Part shown: in pieces, positions 1 through 10,559 of the stretch
Layout of the letters: every line of letters starts with the position of its first letter
Position numbering within the stretch: position 1 is the first letter of the stretch
From: Veleropilina oligotropha
Lineage: Eukaryota
Direction: 5' to 3'
NCBI GenBank assembly: GCA_048128005.1
Contig: JBEUKZ010000068.1
Span: forward strand, 372,001-414,314
DNA: 42,314 nucleotides
Program-made: the position numbers and the translations under genes
Notes under the pieces: generated by a model
The model's input: the letters and a program-made list of their open reading frames with translations, nothing else
What the model was told of the DNA's origin: nothing
Database searches by the model: none

Positions 1-304
1 AGGATTGGGCATTCTCATTACACTCACTCCTACTTGCTTAAAGGGGAGCCTCACCTGAGTGTATTCCTTGTGCAACTGCCCTAACAATCAAACATATATT
101 ATTGGATTGTGTCGATTTGGATCTCGCACGCCAAATGTACTTTAGGGCAAGCTCACTCCAAGAGTTATTTCAATTCACTAAGCTCGAATTAATATTTGAG
201 TTTTTAAAACAAGTAAATATTTTCTACAAGTTATAATTTTATATTTTTATTTCACAATTTTATATCTTGCTTTATTATTATACTTGTTTTTATCAACCTT
301 TTTA
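1..304 (+). mobile_element. 3' end of ORF2 and start of 3' UTR of I/Nimb-type LINE family B (copy B1, left part)
   Basis: Near-identical to 32650-32886 and 8610-8925 (RIGHSHYTHSYLL... zinc knuckle region); interrupted at 304 by LINE A. Confidence 0.93.
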
Positions 305-380
305 GGGGCTCGATGTTGTGCGCCTCCTCGTGGTGGGCCCTGGATAGGGGAACGCAAGTTCCCTGAACAAAACGCACAAC
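305..380 (+). ncRNA. HDV-like self-cleaving ribozyme at 5' end of LINE A
   Basis: P1 GGGGCTC(305-311)/GGGCCCT(335-341) with G1.U wobble; P2 GTTGTGC(315-321)/GCACAAC(374-380); P3 GCC/GGT around L3 TCCTCGT; P1.1 CC/GG(342-343); P4 GGGGAAC-GCAA-GTTCCCT; candidate catalytic C368. Confidence 0.88.
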
Positions 381-897
381 CAGGTCGTTTGCCGTGACCT
401 GCGACCTACTGTCGAGGGAGAGTGGGATCCTGGTGGTTGAGGGGCAAAGATGCTGGTACTACCCGTCTTTGACCCAACACACCACTTTGGCCCATGATTC
501 CTCTAGAGTGGTAGATGGATGGGCCCGGTCCATTCAATCGGCTGGTAACGCCATGCCCTAGATTACAGGTAACATAGTTATATGCCACTGTTTTAACATC
601 TATCATTTCGGCAAATAACCCAATCTCATTATCATCATGAACTATATCATTCATAATTGTATACAGTTAATAGTTTGGCCTGTAGTATAGAAGGCGGTTG
701 CTCATGGGTCAATCTGGTATTATTGACCGCTTAGATCTTTGGGTTTCATCTAAAGCTTCTAATGTTAGTAATAATGGAGTATAATGCATCTGCACCTCCG
801 GTGTCTTCCTGCCGGTTACCAGCAGGCTTATGGACATCGCCCTTGTTGGCACTCCATGGCGGGTGGGGGCCAGATGCATAGAATTATACAACACACT

Positions 898-2244
898 ATG
901 GCTAAACCAACAACAACAAAAAGACTGAGACAAGAGTCGCCATCCTCGTCTGACGAGGATGACACTCCGACTTATAATTCATCAAACTGGCCACGCTTTT
1001 TATTACTGTCAGATATTGAAGGCAATCTCACGAAAAATCCGCTAACAAAAAATCCCTTTGTCATTCAGAAGACCATCGAAAGCATAGCAGGTACCGTAAA
1101 AAGCGTTAAAAGATTGAGAGATGGGAACCTTCTCATCGAATGTAGTAGAAGGCAGCAATCTCTCAATCTTTTAAAGATCAAAAACTTCGCAAATGCTGCT
1201 GTATTAGTTCAGCCACACTCGTACCTTAATACATCGAAAGGAATTATAAGGGATCGTGACCGATGCCTACAATACCTGTCAGAACGCGAAATTGAAATTG
1301 AGTTGGAACACCAGGGGGTTATGGGTGTAAAACGGTTCACTATTACAAAAGACAACTCCAAAATTCCTACAAACACGTATCTCATGACCTTTGAATCTGC
1401 TATTCGGCCTACACACATCATCGCTGGTTACAACCGCATCGAAGTGGATGTATATTATCCCAATCCACTTCGATGCTTTAGATGCCAGAAATTTGGTCAT
1501 GGTGCAAATAACTGCACCAATTTAGCGAGATGTTTCCGCTGTGGAAGCGAAGAACATGAACATGGCAAAAATTATCAGTGCGACGCCCAATCCAAGTGTG
1601 TGAACTGTAACGGAGACCACACTGCTGGCTCCAAACAGTGTCCCAAGTGGATCTGGGAGTCGAAAATCACTCGACTAAAAACTGATAAAAATATTTCATA
1701 CCCAGAAGCAAAGAAACTCCTAGCATCTGAGTCTGCTCATTCATTTTCTTCTGTTGTTCGGTCATTGGTTCAAAAGCAAGCAGTTACCACCACCTCCACT
1801 GCTTGCCAGACAGAACTGACATGGATCTGCAATGACCAACCAACAACAGTTAGGATTCCGAAACCATCTTCCACAGCAAATACATATCCAGCATCATCGC
1901 AAACTAACAGCAACCAACCTGATGTTCCAACCCAAATTTCTGAATCATCTACTACAAATCATTCGCAATATTATTCCAGATCTCGATCTTCTACTCCTTC
2001 GAAACCTTTATCTCAGTCCGAATCACCTCAGAATCATTCAAACCAAACACGATCAAGGAAAAAGTCTCCTAATACGGGGAGAAAGCCCCAATCGGGGCGC
2101 CCCAAAAAGGGTCGGGACGACCCAATTAAGTTACAAAATAGATTTCATGAATTAGAACCGGAGTACATGGAGTTTGAGGAACCTCGTCGAAATCGATCCA
2201 GAGAACGTAGGTCTCCCATCAAACCCCCGAACCCAAAATCATGA
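898..2244 (+). CDS. LINE A ORF1 (gag-like nucleic-acid-binding protein with three CCHC-type knuckles)
   Basis: PNPLRCFRCQKFGH..C, CFRCGSEEH..C, CVNCNGDH..C; ATG 898 preferred because 784-897 aligns with the 5' UTR of family B. Confidence 0.92.
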   Translation: MAKPTTTKRLRQESPSSSDEDDTPTYNSSNWPRFLLLSDIEGNLTKNPLTKNPFVIQKTIESIAGTVKSVKRLRDGNLLIECSRRQQSLNLLKIKNFANAAVLVQPHSYLNTSKGIIRDRDRCLQYLSEREIEIELEHQGVMGVKRFTITKDNSKIPTNTYLMTFESAIRPTHIIAGYNRIEVDVYYPNPLRCFRCQKFGHGANNCTNLARCFRCGSEEHEHGKNYQCDAQSKCVNCNGDHTAGSKQCPKWIWESKITRLKTDKNISYPEAKKLLASESAHSFSSVVRSLVQKQAVTTTSTACQTELTWICNDQPTTVRIPKPSSTANTYPASSQTNSNQPDVPTQISESSTTNHSQYYSRSRSSTPSKPLSQSESPQNHSNQTRSRKKSPNTGRKPQSGRPKKGRDDPIKLQNRFHELEPEYMEFEEPRRNRSRERRSPIKPPNPKS

Positions 2245-5200
2245 ATACACACATTATACAGTGGAACTGCAGAGGATTTAAAACAAATTTTAATGACATT
2301 CAATTACTGGCACAGGATTTTAAACCATCAGCTTTCTGTTTACAGGAAACATATTTAAAAAACACAGATCTTATTAATTTTAGAGGGTATGAGCCTTACC
2401 ACACATATGGGCCCCAAGGTGACAAAGTAACAGGCGGATCATCAATATTCGTTCGGCAAGGTATAATGCATAGTCCTGTTGACCTTACGACCAACTTGCA
2501 AGCAGTTGCTACCCGTATTACCTTACAGGTATCTTTTACCCTATGCTCATTATATATCCCACCTTCAACCAGGCTTACACCAACTGATATACAAGATTTA
2601 TACGATCAACTTCCAAAGCCATGTATAATCATGGGTGACTTTAACGGTCACAGTCCTCTTTGGGGCGGCAACACCTCAAATGACAAAGGAAGGATCATAG
2701 AAAACTTACTATCAAATAATGATCTGTGTTTTTTTAATAATGGTACAAATACTTATTTGCACCCCGCCACAGGATCGTATTCAGCACTCGATCTTACACT
2801 AACAAGTGCAAATTTGTTGGATGAATTCTCATGGTCAGTCCACGATGACCTCTGTGGAAGTGACCATTTCCCGATTATACTCAAATCTGTGACACCCGAT
2901 GGCCATGTACCATTATCCAGATGGAATTTCGCAAAAGCCGACTGGCTTACTTATCACACCTTGTGTGAAACTACACTAAAATCCGAGCATTTCGAAGTCA
3001 ATGATCCTATTAAGGCATTTTCAGATGCTCTCATTGACATCGCAAATAAAACGATACCAAAATCCTCTGCAGTTCCACATATACGTAAACCATGGTTTAA
3101 TGACGACTGTAGGCAAGCTAGAAATAACAGGAAGAAAGCCGGAAAACATTTCTACAAATATCCTACAAATGAAAATCTTGATGGTCTTAGACGTGCCTCG
3201 GCCATCGCCAAACGCACGTTTAAGGCATCAAAGCGTCAATCATGGCACAACTTTGTGTCAAAAATTAACTCTAGAACACCCATTTCCAAAGTGTGGAATA
3301 TGGTGAAGAGAATAAAAGGCAAATGCTCAAGCAATTCTGTTCATCATCTTAAACATGGGGATATACTTGTCACTAACAAGCTCGACATAGCAAATACACT
3401 GGGCGAAACTCTGGAAACGAATTCTTCATCAAAGAATTACTTACCAGAGTTTCAGAAATATCAAAAAACTCAAGAGAAACAGAAAGTAAATTTTGTTTCG
3501 GATAATTCTGAAAATTACAACGAGGAATTTTCTTTGGCAGAACTACTCACTGCTCTTAGTAAAGCCCACGATACGGCTGCTGGACCTGATGAGATCCATT
3601 ACCAGCTTCTCAAACATTTGCCTAGCGCATGTTTAGATGTTTTATTGGATATTTTCAACCGTATATGGTCGACAGGTGAATTTCCACCTTCATGGCATAA
3701 GGCCATAGTTATTCCCTTATCAAAACCCGGGAAGGATGCTACAGATCCGTCAAATTATCGTCCGATATCATTAACGAGCTGCATATGTAAAACCATGGAG
3801 CGCATGATTAACGATCGACTTGTTTGGTTTTTAGAAACAAACAATCTCATTAGTGATATCCAGTGTGGATTTCGCAAAAATCACAGCACAGTTGACCATC
3901 TTGTGCGGCTGGAATCCTATATTAAAGATGCATTTGTTAATGGTGACCATGTTGTATCGATCTTTTTCGACCTGGAAAAAGCGTACGATACAACATGGAA
4001 GCATGGAATTTTAAAAGATCTACATTCATTGGGATTAAGAGGTCGTTTACCCCTCTTCATTTCACAATATTTAAAACATAGACAATTCCAGGTACGTGTG
4101 GGTTCCACCGTATCTCATTACTATGATCAAGAACAAGGGGTTCCACAGGGTAGTATTTTATCTGTTACACTTTTTAGTATCAAAATTAACAGCCTATCAA
4201 AAGTTTTAAATGATTCCATTGATGGATCATTATTTGTAGATGATTTTGGCATATCCTGTCGCGGCAGACATATGCACACCATTGAACGACAATTACAACT
4301 ATGTCTTAACAGGATAACGAAATGGTCACATGAAAATGGATTTAAATTTTCAAAGAGCAAAACAAACTGTGTACACTTTTGCAAGAACTACCGATGCCAT
4401 GCGGTCCCAAATCTTACTTTACATGAAACCCCCATTAAGGTGGTAGATGAAGTAAAATTTCTAGGCCTTATTCTCGACCACCGACTTACGTTTAAACCAC
4501 ATATAACGTATCTTAGAAATAGGTGCCTGAAAGCCATGAACATTCTGAAAGTGGTTTCAAACACTAGGTGGGGAGGCGACCAGAAAACCCTCCTCAACTT
4601 ATACAGATCACTAATTAGATCAAAACTAGACTACGGATCAATTGTTTACAATGGGGCTAGTAAATCGATATTAAAAATGTTGGATCCTATTCATCACCAA
4701 GGCTTAAGGCTCTCTATGGGAGCATTTAGAACGTCCCCAAAAGAGAGTCTTTATGTAGAATCCGATGAACCACCTCTTTGCCAAAGACGGACTAAATTAT
4801 CACTACAATATATTACGAAACTATATTCAAATCCTCCAAATCCAGCATATAGTTGTGTGTTCCAACCACAATACGAGCCCAAATATCTGGAGAAACCAAA
4901 GTTAGTCCCACCACTCGGCATTCGCATAAAACCACATATAAATGCTGCTAATATCGATCTTGATCTTATCGCACCAATTCGTCTATTTGCTGTCCCTCCG
5001 TGGAAATTAAAATCCCCAAGGATCGATTTATCTTTAACAAAATTTGCTAAATCTGACACAAATGAAGCTGTTTACAAACAGGAATATGGTATTGTCCGCT
5101 GCAAATATGACACCCATCGATCAATTTTCACTGATGGGTCCAAGGATGGGGACAAGGTTTCTTGTGCCACCATAATTGGATCCAGAAGTATTACTCATAA

Positions 5201-5912
5201 ACTTCCTGCTCCATGTTCTATTTTCACTGCCGAAGCCAAAGCGATTCTAACTGCTGTGCAATATATTCAACGTTCCCAAGCAAATAATTATATTATATTT
5301 ACTGATTCTTTATCTGTCTTACAGGCCCTTAAACAACATTCCCCTACTCATGAACTGATTTTGAAAATTATTGAACTCAACCACAGTATCACTGATCGTG
5401 ATATTGTGTTTTGTTGGGTGCCGAGTCATGTGGGTATAGCTGGAAATAATTTAGCCGATGCAGCTGCTAAAGAAGCATTAAATAAAGAAAATATATATCC
5501 TTTACAAACTGTATATACTGATTTTAAACCGGCCATTTTACATTACATCCGAAAACTATTTCAAAATTTATGGGTTACTCAAATTTATAATAAATTATTT
5601 CAACTTAAACCTAATATTGGCTACACACATTTAGACGTACCATCCCGATTCGAACAAGCAATCCTAAGGCGAATTCGAATCGGGCACACTCGGCTAACCC
5701 ACGAATACTTACTGAAAGGGGAAGATCCACCAGTATGCATCTCTTGTGATGAGCAGCTCACAATCAAGCACCTCTTGCTTGATTGTGGTGAGTTCGCTCA
5801 CATAAGAGATTCTTATTTTACAGCATCAAATCTTAAAGACCTTTTTAATAATACTGGGGGACCATGCATTTTATCATTTATTAGAGACAATGGTTTAATT
5901 AATAAATTATGA
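2241..5912 (+). CDS. LINE A ORF2: APE endonuclease-reverse transcriptase-RNase H-zinc knuckle
   Basis: QWNCRG, GDFNGH, GSDHFP (APE); QGVPQGS, FVDD (RT); FTDGS, TDSLS, WVPSHVGIAGN (RNase H); CISC..HLLLDC. Confidence 0.97.
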   Translation: MNTHIIQWNCRGFKTNFNDIQLLAQDFKPSAFCLQETYLKNTDLINFRGYEPYHTYGPQGDKVTGGSSIFVRQGIMHSPVDLTTNLQAVATRITLQVSFTLCSLYIPPSTRLTPTDIQDLYDQLPKPCIIMGDFNGHSPLWGGNTSNDKGRIIENLLSNNDLCFFNNGTNTYLHPATGSYSALDLTLTSANLLDEFSWSVHDDLCGSDHFPIILKSVTPDGHVPLSRWNFAKADWLTYHTLCETTLKSEHFEVNDPIKAFSDALIDIANKTIPKSSAVPHIRKPWFNDDCRQARNNRKKAGKHFYKYPTNENLDGLRRASAIAKRTFKASKRQSWHNFVSKINSRTPISKVWNMVKRIKGKCSSNSVHHLKHGDILVTNKLDIANTLGETLETNSSSKNYLPEFQKYQKTQEKQKVNFVSDNSENYNEEFSLAELLTALSKAHDTAAGPDEIHYQLLKHLPSACLDVLLDIFNRIWSTGEFPPSWHKAIVIPLSKPGKDATDPSNYRPISLTSCICKTMERMINDRLVWFLETNNLISDIQCGFRKNHSTVDHLVRLESYIKDAFVNGDHVVSIFFDLEKAYDTTWKHGILKDLHSLGLRGRLPLFISQYLKHRQFQVRVGSTVSHYYDQEQGVPQGSILSVTLFSIKINSLSKVLNDSIDGSLFVDDFGISCRGRHMHTIERQLQLCLNRITKWSHENGFKFSKSKTNCVHFCKNYRCHAVPNLTLHETPIKVVDEVKFLGLILDHRLTFKPHITYLRNRCLKAMNILKVVSNTRWGGDQKTLLNLYRSLIRSKLDYGSIVYNGASKSILKMLDPIHHQGLRLSMGAFRTSPKESLYVESDEPPLCQRRTKLSLQYITKLYSNPPNPAYSCVFQPQYEPKYLEKPKLVPPLGIRIKPHINAANIDLDLIAPIRLFAVPPWKLKSPRIDLSLTKFAKSDTNEAVYKQEYGIVRCKYDTHRSIFTDGSKDGDKVSCATIIGSRSITHKLPAPCSIFTAEAKAILTAVQYIQRSQANNYIIFTDSLSVLQALKQHSPTHELILKIIELNHSITDRDIVFCWVPSHVGIAGNNLADAAAKEALNKENIYPLQTVYTDFKPAILHYIRKLFQNLWVTQIYNKLFQLKPNIGYTHLDVPSRFEQAILRRIRIGHTRLTHEYLLKGEDPPVCISCDEQLTIKHLLLDCGEFAHIRDSYFTASNLKDLFNNTGGPCILSFIRDNGLINKL

Positions 5913-6287
5913 GTACATTTACCATTATATAAACCTTTTTAAGAAACCATTGACCAATATACATTCATTGATTTGTTTTATTCGTATCATAACTGATTTT
6001 ATTCATAGTTGCATATTTCACTGATGCTGATAGTATTTTTTATTGCTTTGCATCATTTTGTTTTATTGCTTTACATCATCTATTGTATTTCATTATTTAA
6101 CAATGACATTGTTCTTATTACTTAATGTTTTATTGCTGTACATATTATTGTTTTAGTACTTTACATCATTTTGTTTTTATGTCTTTATAATCATTTTATT
6201 GTTTGTCTTTTATTTAACATTATTCTCGTCGCGTTATGGCACCGTTGTGCTCACAGCGACGATAAACTATACTCACTCACTCACTCA

Positions 6288-6538
6288 ATCAACCTTTTTA
6301 TTATTTCCAAATTTTGGTATTTTATTGCTTTTAGTGTATTTTATTGTTTTTTACCTAAATTTGCAATGGCTTTATTTTATTTGGAAGAATATTGATTTGT
6401 TTTATTTGCATCTGTTTTCTTTTTATCAGTATGTAACCCAACTTTTAACATTTTATATTAAATTTTTATCTAGTTAAATTGACCGACCCGATTATGACCA
6501 TATAGTGTCGGCGTGGTCGTTAAACAACATTTCAAATC
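6288..6538 (+). mobile_element. Remainder of the B1 3' UTR and terminus
   Basis: Matches 8918-9130 and the B terminus GACCGACCCGATTATGACC...GTGTCGGCGTGGTCGTTAAAC (33145-33188). Confidence 0.9.
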
Positions 6539-7245
6539 AGGAAAGCAGAGGCTGCTGGTTTTTGCCCCAATTGCGGTCAATGCCTCGGCCAGATCCCTCA
6601 AGGACGACCCGTCGTTTCCTAGAACAACATCCTGGTGGCTCTTCCGGATGTTTACATCTTGATTTGCTCTCCCTAAAAATATTAATTTTTGTTACAAATT
6701 GCAGATTTCATTTAAAAATTATTTTTACCTGTAAGAATATTTTTACCTTTATATATAAAATTTAACTTACCAATTGCCGCCAGGCACATGTAGACTTGGA
6801 CTCTGATGTCCGATTGGACAGGAACCAAGGGCATCAGCTGTTAGAGTCCGATTTGCCTCCTTTCCAGATACGAGTCCAAATCGATGAGCACTATTGAGTC
6901 GGTCCGGTCAGGTTTTAAATCTCCATGGCAGCTTTTTCCCTGCTTTTCAAGGGCGCTCTGTGCCAAATTGGTTCCTTCAATGATTGAGGGTATTTGCTCT
7001 TTCAAGTACTGCAGAAGCTCGGAAAAATATGATATCAATTGTGTCCCCAAATCTAAAATACAGACAATAGCCATTAATACAAATTAATTTATTATAACTG
7101 CATGGTCAAATAGCAATTCAGCCTACCATTGTCAATTTTTGCATCCAGGGATGGGAAAGACGTATCGAACACCGATTCTACTTGTTTTATTCTGCTTAAA
7201 TGAACAGCAGTGGGTTCGAAACTGGAGAGGGTGACGTCTTTTCTT
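6539..7245 (-). pseudogene. Decayed spliced gene fragment, three putative exons (~7245-7128, 7052-6771, 6672-6539), product unknown
   Basis: Acceptors ttttag and donors gtaggc/gtaagt join in phase (N-G|AT-LG; I-G|GG-RAN); one in-frame TAA at 6841-6843; 3' end cut by LINE B1. Confidence 0.5.
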
Positions 7246-7431
7246 CCGCAAAAATATGAAAATGTCCTGCTTTTAAATAAATGGATGGAAATATAGAGGA
7301 TATTAAGCATCAATCCTCTCCTTTTTCCTTGAAAGTGTTATGCATTTTTAATAATATAAGGCATTCGCTTGGTTCAGACCAGTGGACTGTTCCATGAAAG
7401 TGAATAGAAAATGCACTTTTATTTTACTTAC

Positions 7432-7880
7432 CTTGGTGGCGGCAGGATGCCTGACCTTTGAACGACGTTTGTGAAAAGCTTTTTGCAATTCCTTTGGCTA
7501 TATCCGACTGCATTAGCTTTTGTCCATATGCATTGAAGAACATTTCCTTTTCAGGGCTGGTTCCCCGAAAATTGGTGAAGTAGAATTTCAAGTATCCATA
7601 TACTGTTCGGGAAACAGCGACGCCCATTGGTCCATGTGACCCTGCTGTTTTGTGGTCCTTGACCTAAAAAGACAAAAATCAGTGTCACTGAAAAAGTAGT
7701 CCATGTTATAGCTGCCTAAATATATTAAACTAAGAAACACTATTTTCATTTCACAAGCAGGAGTTAAAAATAGATCAGTATAACCATCTTATCTTGTACA
7801 TCGAATGACGCAGCATTGAATTCTGCAACTGTCAAATTCATGTATACGCTAGTTCTCTGGCAGTTGCCACTGACAATCAT
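7432..7880 (-). pseudogene. Intron-containing tyrosine recombinase fragment
   Basis: Exon ~7880-7780 encodes NCQRTSVYMNLTVAEF (box I Arg); exon 7663-7432 after a tttttag acceptor encodes VKDHKTAGSHGP..FFNAYGQKL and ends at a gtaagt donor; same motifs as the YR at 11235-12506. Confidence 0.75.
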
Positions 7881-7889
7881 TGTTGTTAT

Positions 7890-9132
7890 TAGGTCAAATT
7901 AAAACAAATCACATTCCGGATACACCACCATGGACACTAAAAGTACCGGTAATTGATCTACAACTTACATCACTCAAAAAATCAAACACAGACACATCAG
8001 ACTATCTCATAAAAGTGCACGATCTGAAATTAAAATATTCAGATCGTGCAAGCATATACACAGATGGTTCAAAAGATGCAGAATTAGTAGGAGCAGCCGC
8101 TGTCACTGGCAGACAATGTTTACAAAACCGTCTACCAGGCAGCGCCTCTATATTTACTGCAGAATTGAAAGCAATAGAGCTTGTGCTCAATTTTATCTCA
8201 ATGAGTACTAGCAAGCGTTTTATTATATATTCAGACTCCCTCTCTAGCTTACAGGCATTGAGGGGGGTGAATAGAAACCCTATCGTTTTAGATATTTTAA
8301 TTCAGTATAATAACCTTTTAACGGACAATGATATTATTTTATGCTGGATACCGAGCCATATCGGTATCCAGGGCAATGAGAAGGCTGACCAAGCTGCCAA
8401 GGCAGCCTCGCATTTTAACCACACACTAAATTGTAAATTACCATACTCTGATTTTAAACAATGCATAAACAAATATATAAATTCTACTTGGCAGCACTCT
8501 TGGAGTGAATGCACAAGGAATAAACTGCAGAATGTCCAACCTCTACTTGGGGAATGGGGCCCCTCTTGCAGATCAACTCGGCGCGAGGAGGTAGTCTTGG
8601 CCAGACTGAGGATTGGCCATTCTCACTACACTCACTCCTACTTGCTTAAAGGGGAGCCTCCACCTGAGTGTATTCCTTGTGCAACTGCCTTAACAATCAA
8701 ACACATATTATTGGATTGTTTCGATTTGGATCTCGCACGCCAAAAGTACTTTAGGCACGCCAAAAGTACTTTAGGGCAAGCTCACTCCAAGAGTTATTTC
8801 AATTCACTAAGCTCGAATTAATATTTGAGTTTTTAAAACAAATATTTTCTACAAGTTATAATTTTATATTTTTATTTCACAATTTTATATCTTGTTTTAT
8901 TATTATACTTGTTTTTTATCAACCTCTTTATTATTTACAAATTATGGCATTTTATTGCTTTGTTTTTATCTAAATTTACATTGTTTTTTACCTAAATTTG
9001 GAATGGCTTTGGGAAGAAGAATATTGATTTGTTTTATTTGCACTTGTTTTATTTTTATCAGTATGTATCCCAACTTTTAACATTTTATATTAAATTTTTA
9101 TCTAGTTAGATTGACCGACCCGATTATGATCA
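7890..9132 (+). mobile_element. 5'-truncated LINE family B copy (RNase H domain plus 3' UTR)
   Basis: High identity to 31931-33165; 20-bp tandem duplication GCACGCCAAAAGTACTTTAG near 8735-8774 shifts the frame; 3' terminus missing. Confidence 0.93.
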
Positions 9133-9184
9133 TTTTGTGTTTTGATCCATGATTACTTTGATGACTAGCATCGGTGTTTTTAGC

Positions 9185-10002
9185 TTTTTTATACGCCCGT
9201 TTGAAAAACGGAACGTATTATAGTATGGCGCTGTCTGTCCGTCCGTCCGTCCGCTTGTCCGGGCTATATCTCTAACAGTTTTTAACCTACAACTACAATT
9301 TTTGGTGGATGTATTCACCAGGTGGAGATGGCGTGCAGAGTACCTAATTTATGGTATTGCGCCATCTGTCAGTCCGTCTGTTCGTCCGTTTGTCTTTTTT
9401 GTTGTCCAGGCTATATCTCATACAGTTTTGAACTTACAGCAATAATTTTTGGTGAATGTGTACACCAGGTGGAGACGGAGTGTCGCGTACCAAATTTATG
9501 GTCTGACATCACCCGTCTGTCTATCTGTCCGTTTGTCTTTTTTTTCGTCCATCCACTTGTTGTCCGGGATATATCTCATACAGTTTTTAACTTACAGCAA
9601 TAATTTTAGGTGGATGTATACACCAGGTGAAGATGGTGTGCAGAGTACCTAATTTATGGTATTGCGCCATCTGTCAGTCCGTCTGTTCGTCCGTTTGTCT
9701 TTTTTTTTGTTCATCCACATTTTGTCCGGGTTATATCTTATACAGTTTTTAACTTGCATCAATATTTTTTGGTGGATGTACACACCAGGTGAAGATGGTG
9801 TGTTAGGCACCAAATTTGTGGTATAGCGCTGTCTGTCCGTCTGTTCATCCGTTCGTCTTTTTTGTTGTGCAGGCTATTTTTCATAGTTTTGAACTTGCAG
9901 CAATAATTTTTGGTGAATGTATACACCAGGTGGAGACGGAGTGTTGCATACCAAATTTATGGTCTGACATCACCTGTCTGTCTATCTGTCCGTCCGTTTG
10001 TC
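9185..10002 (+). mobile_element. Non-autonomous Helentron-associated (HINE/DINE-1-like) element with internal tandem repeats, 3'-truncated
   Basis: Begins in a T-run with palindrome ATACGCCCGTTT-GAA-AAACGGAACGTAT, then (GTCC)n microsatellite and about six 130-160-bp repeats. Confidence 0.7.
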
Positions 10003-10559
10003 CAAGGTATCCGCTGAGGTGTCGTCACAATTTGGGAGACTACTCCCAGTGGCGCCTGAACCCTGCAATTGGTGGCGTAGGTCACAGATTTCCTGTTTCA
10101 GATATGTTGCATTCTTCTCCAGCCCCATTATCCTTTGGGACATGGAAAAATAGTCCCTGAAACAGAGTTCCATTTTTATGTCCATTTCCTTCTCCATAGC
10201 ACTGACGATATTGACACAAGTGTCGACTTTCTTTATGCCTTGTTTTCTTTAACATACAGCAACAAAAAGTCTGTGCTCGAATGTCCAATGCCAATTATTG
10301 TCGTGGGATATGTCCAGCTATTGATAGGACTTCAGATGTATCCCAAATTAGGATAACAAATGAGTGAGATATATTTTGCATAAATAAAATTGTTTGCAAC
10401 ACAGAATACTGTTTTCATTTATTGCTGGTATATATCTATATATATGAAATGTTGCAAGGTTTAAATCAGAGTTGCCCATCCCAAGTATATATTAAATAAC
10501 ATTCAGCTCTTATATCTTTGCCACAGGCTATTTGTCATATCACATATTTTGCTCTCAAA

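Larger units (their letters stand above)
305..6287 (+). mobile_element. Full-length I-group (I/Nimb-like) LINE, family A
   Basis: ORF1 and ORF2 intact; (ACTC)4 tail at 6271-6286; 13-bp TSD ATCAACCTTTTTA at 292-304 and 6288-6300; the uninterrupted target is seen in the B copy near 8918-8930. Confidence 0.96.

Noticed and set aside
784..897. Longer N-terminus for LINE A ORF1
   Set aside because: This region aligns with non-coding 5' UTR blocks of family B, so ATG 898 is more likely.
9982..10360. Possible coding remnant (MEKEMDIKME..ICDLRHQL) downstream of YR-SET
   Set aside because: Coding-like composition, but no recognisable motif or consistent frame.
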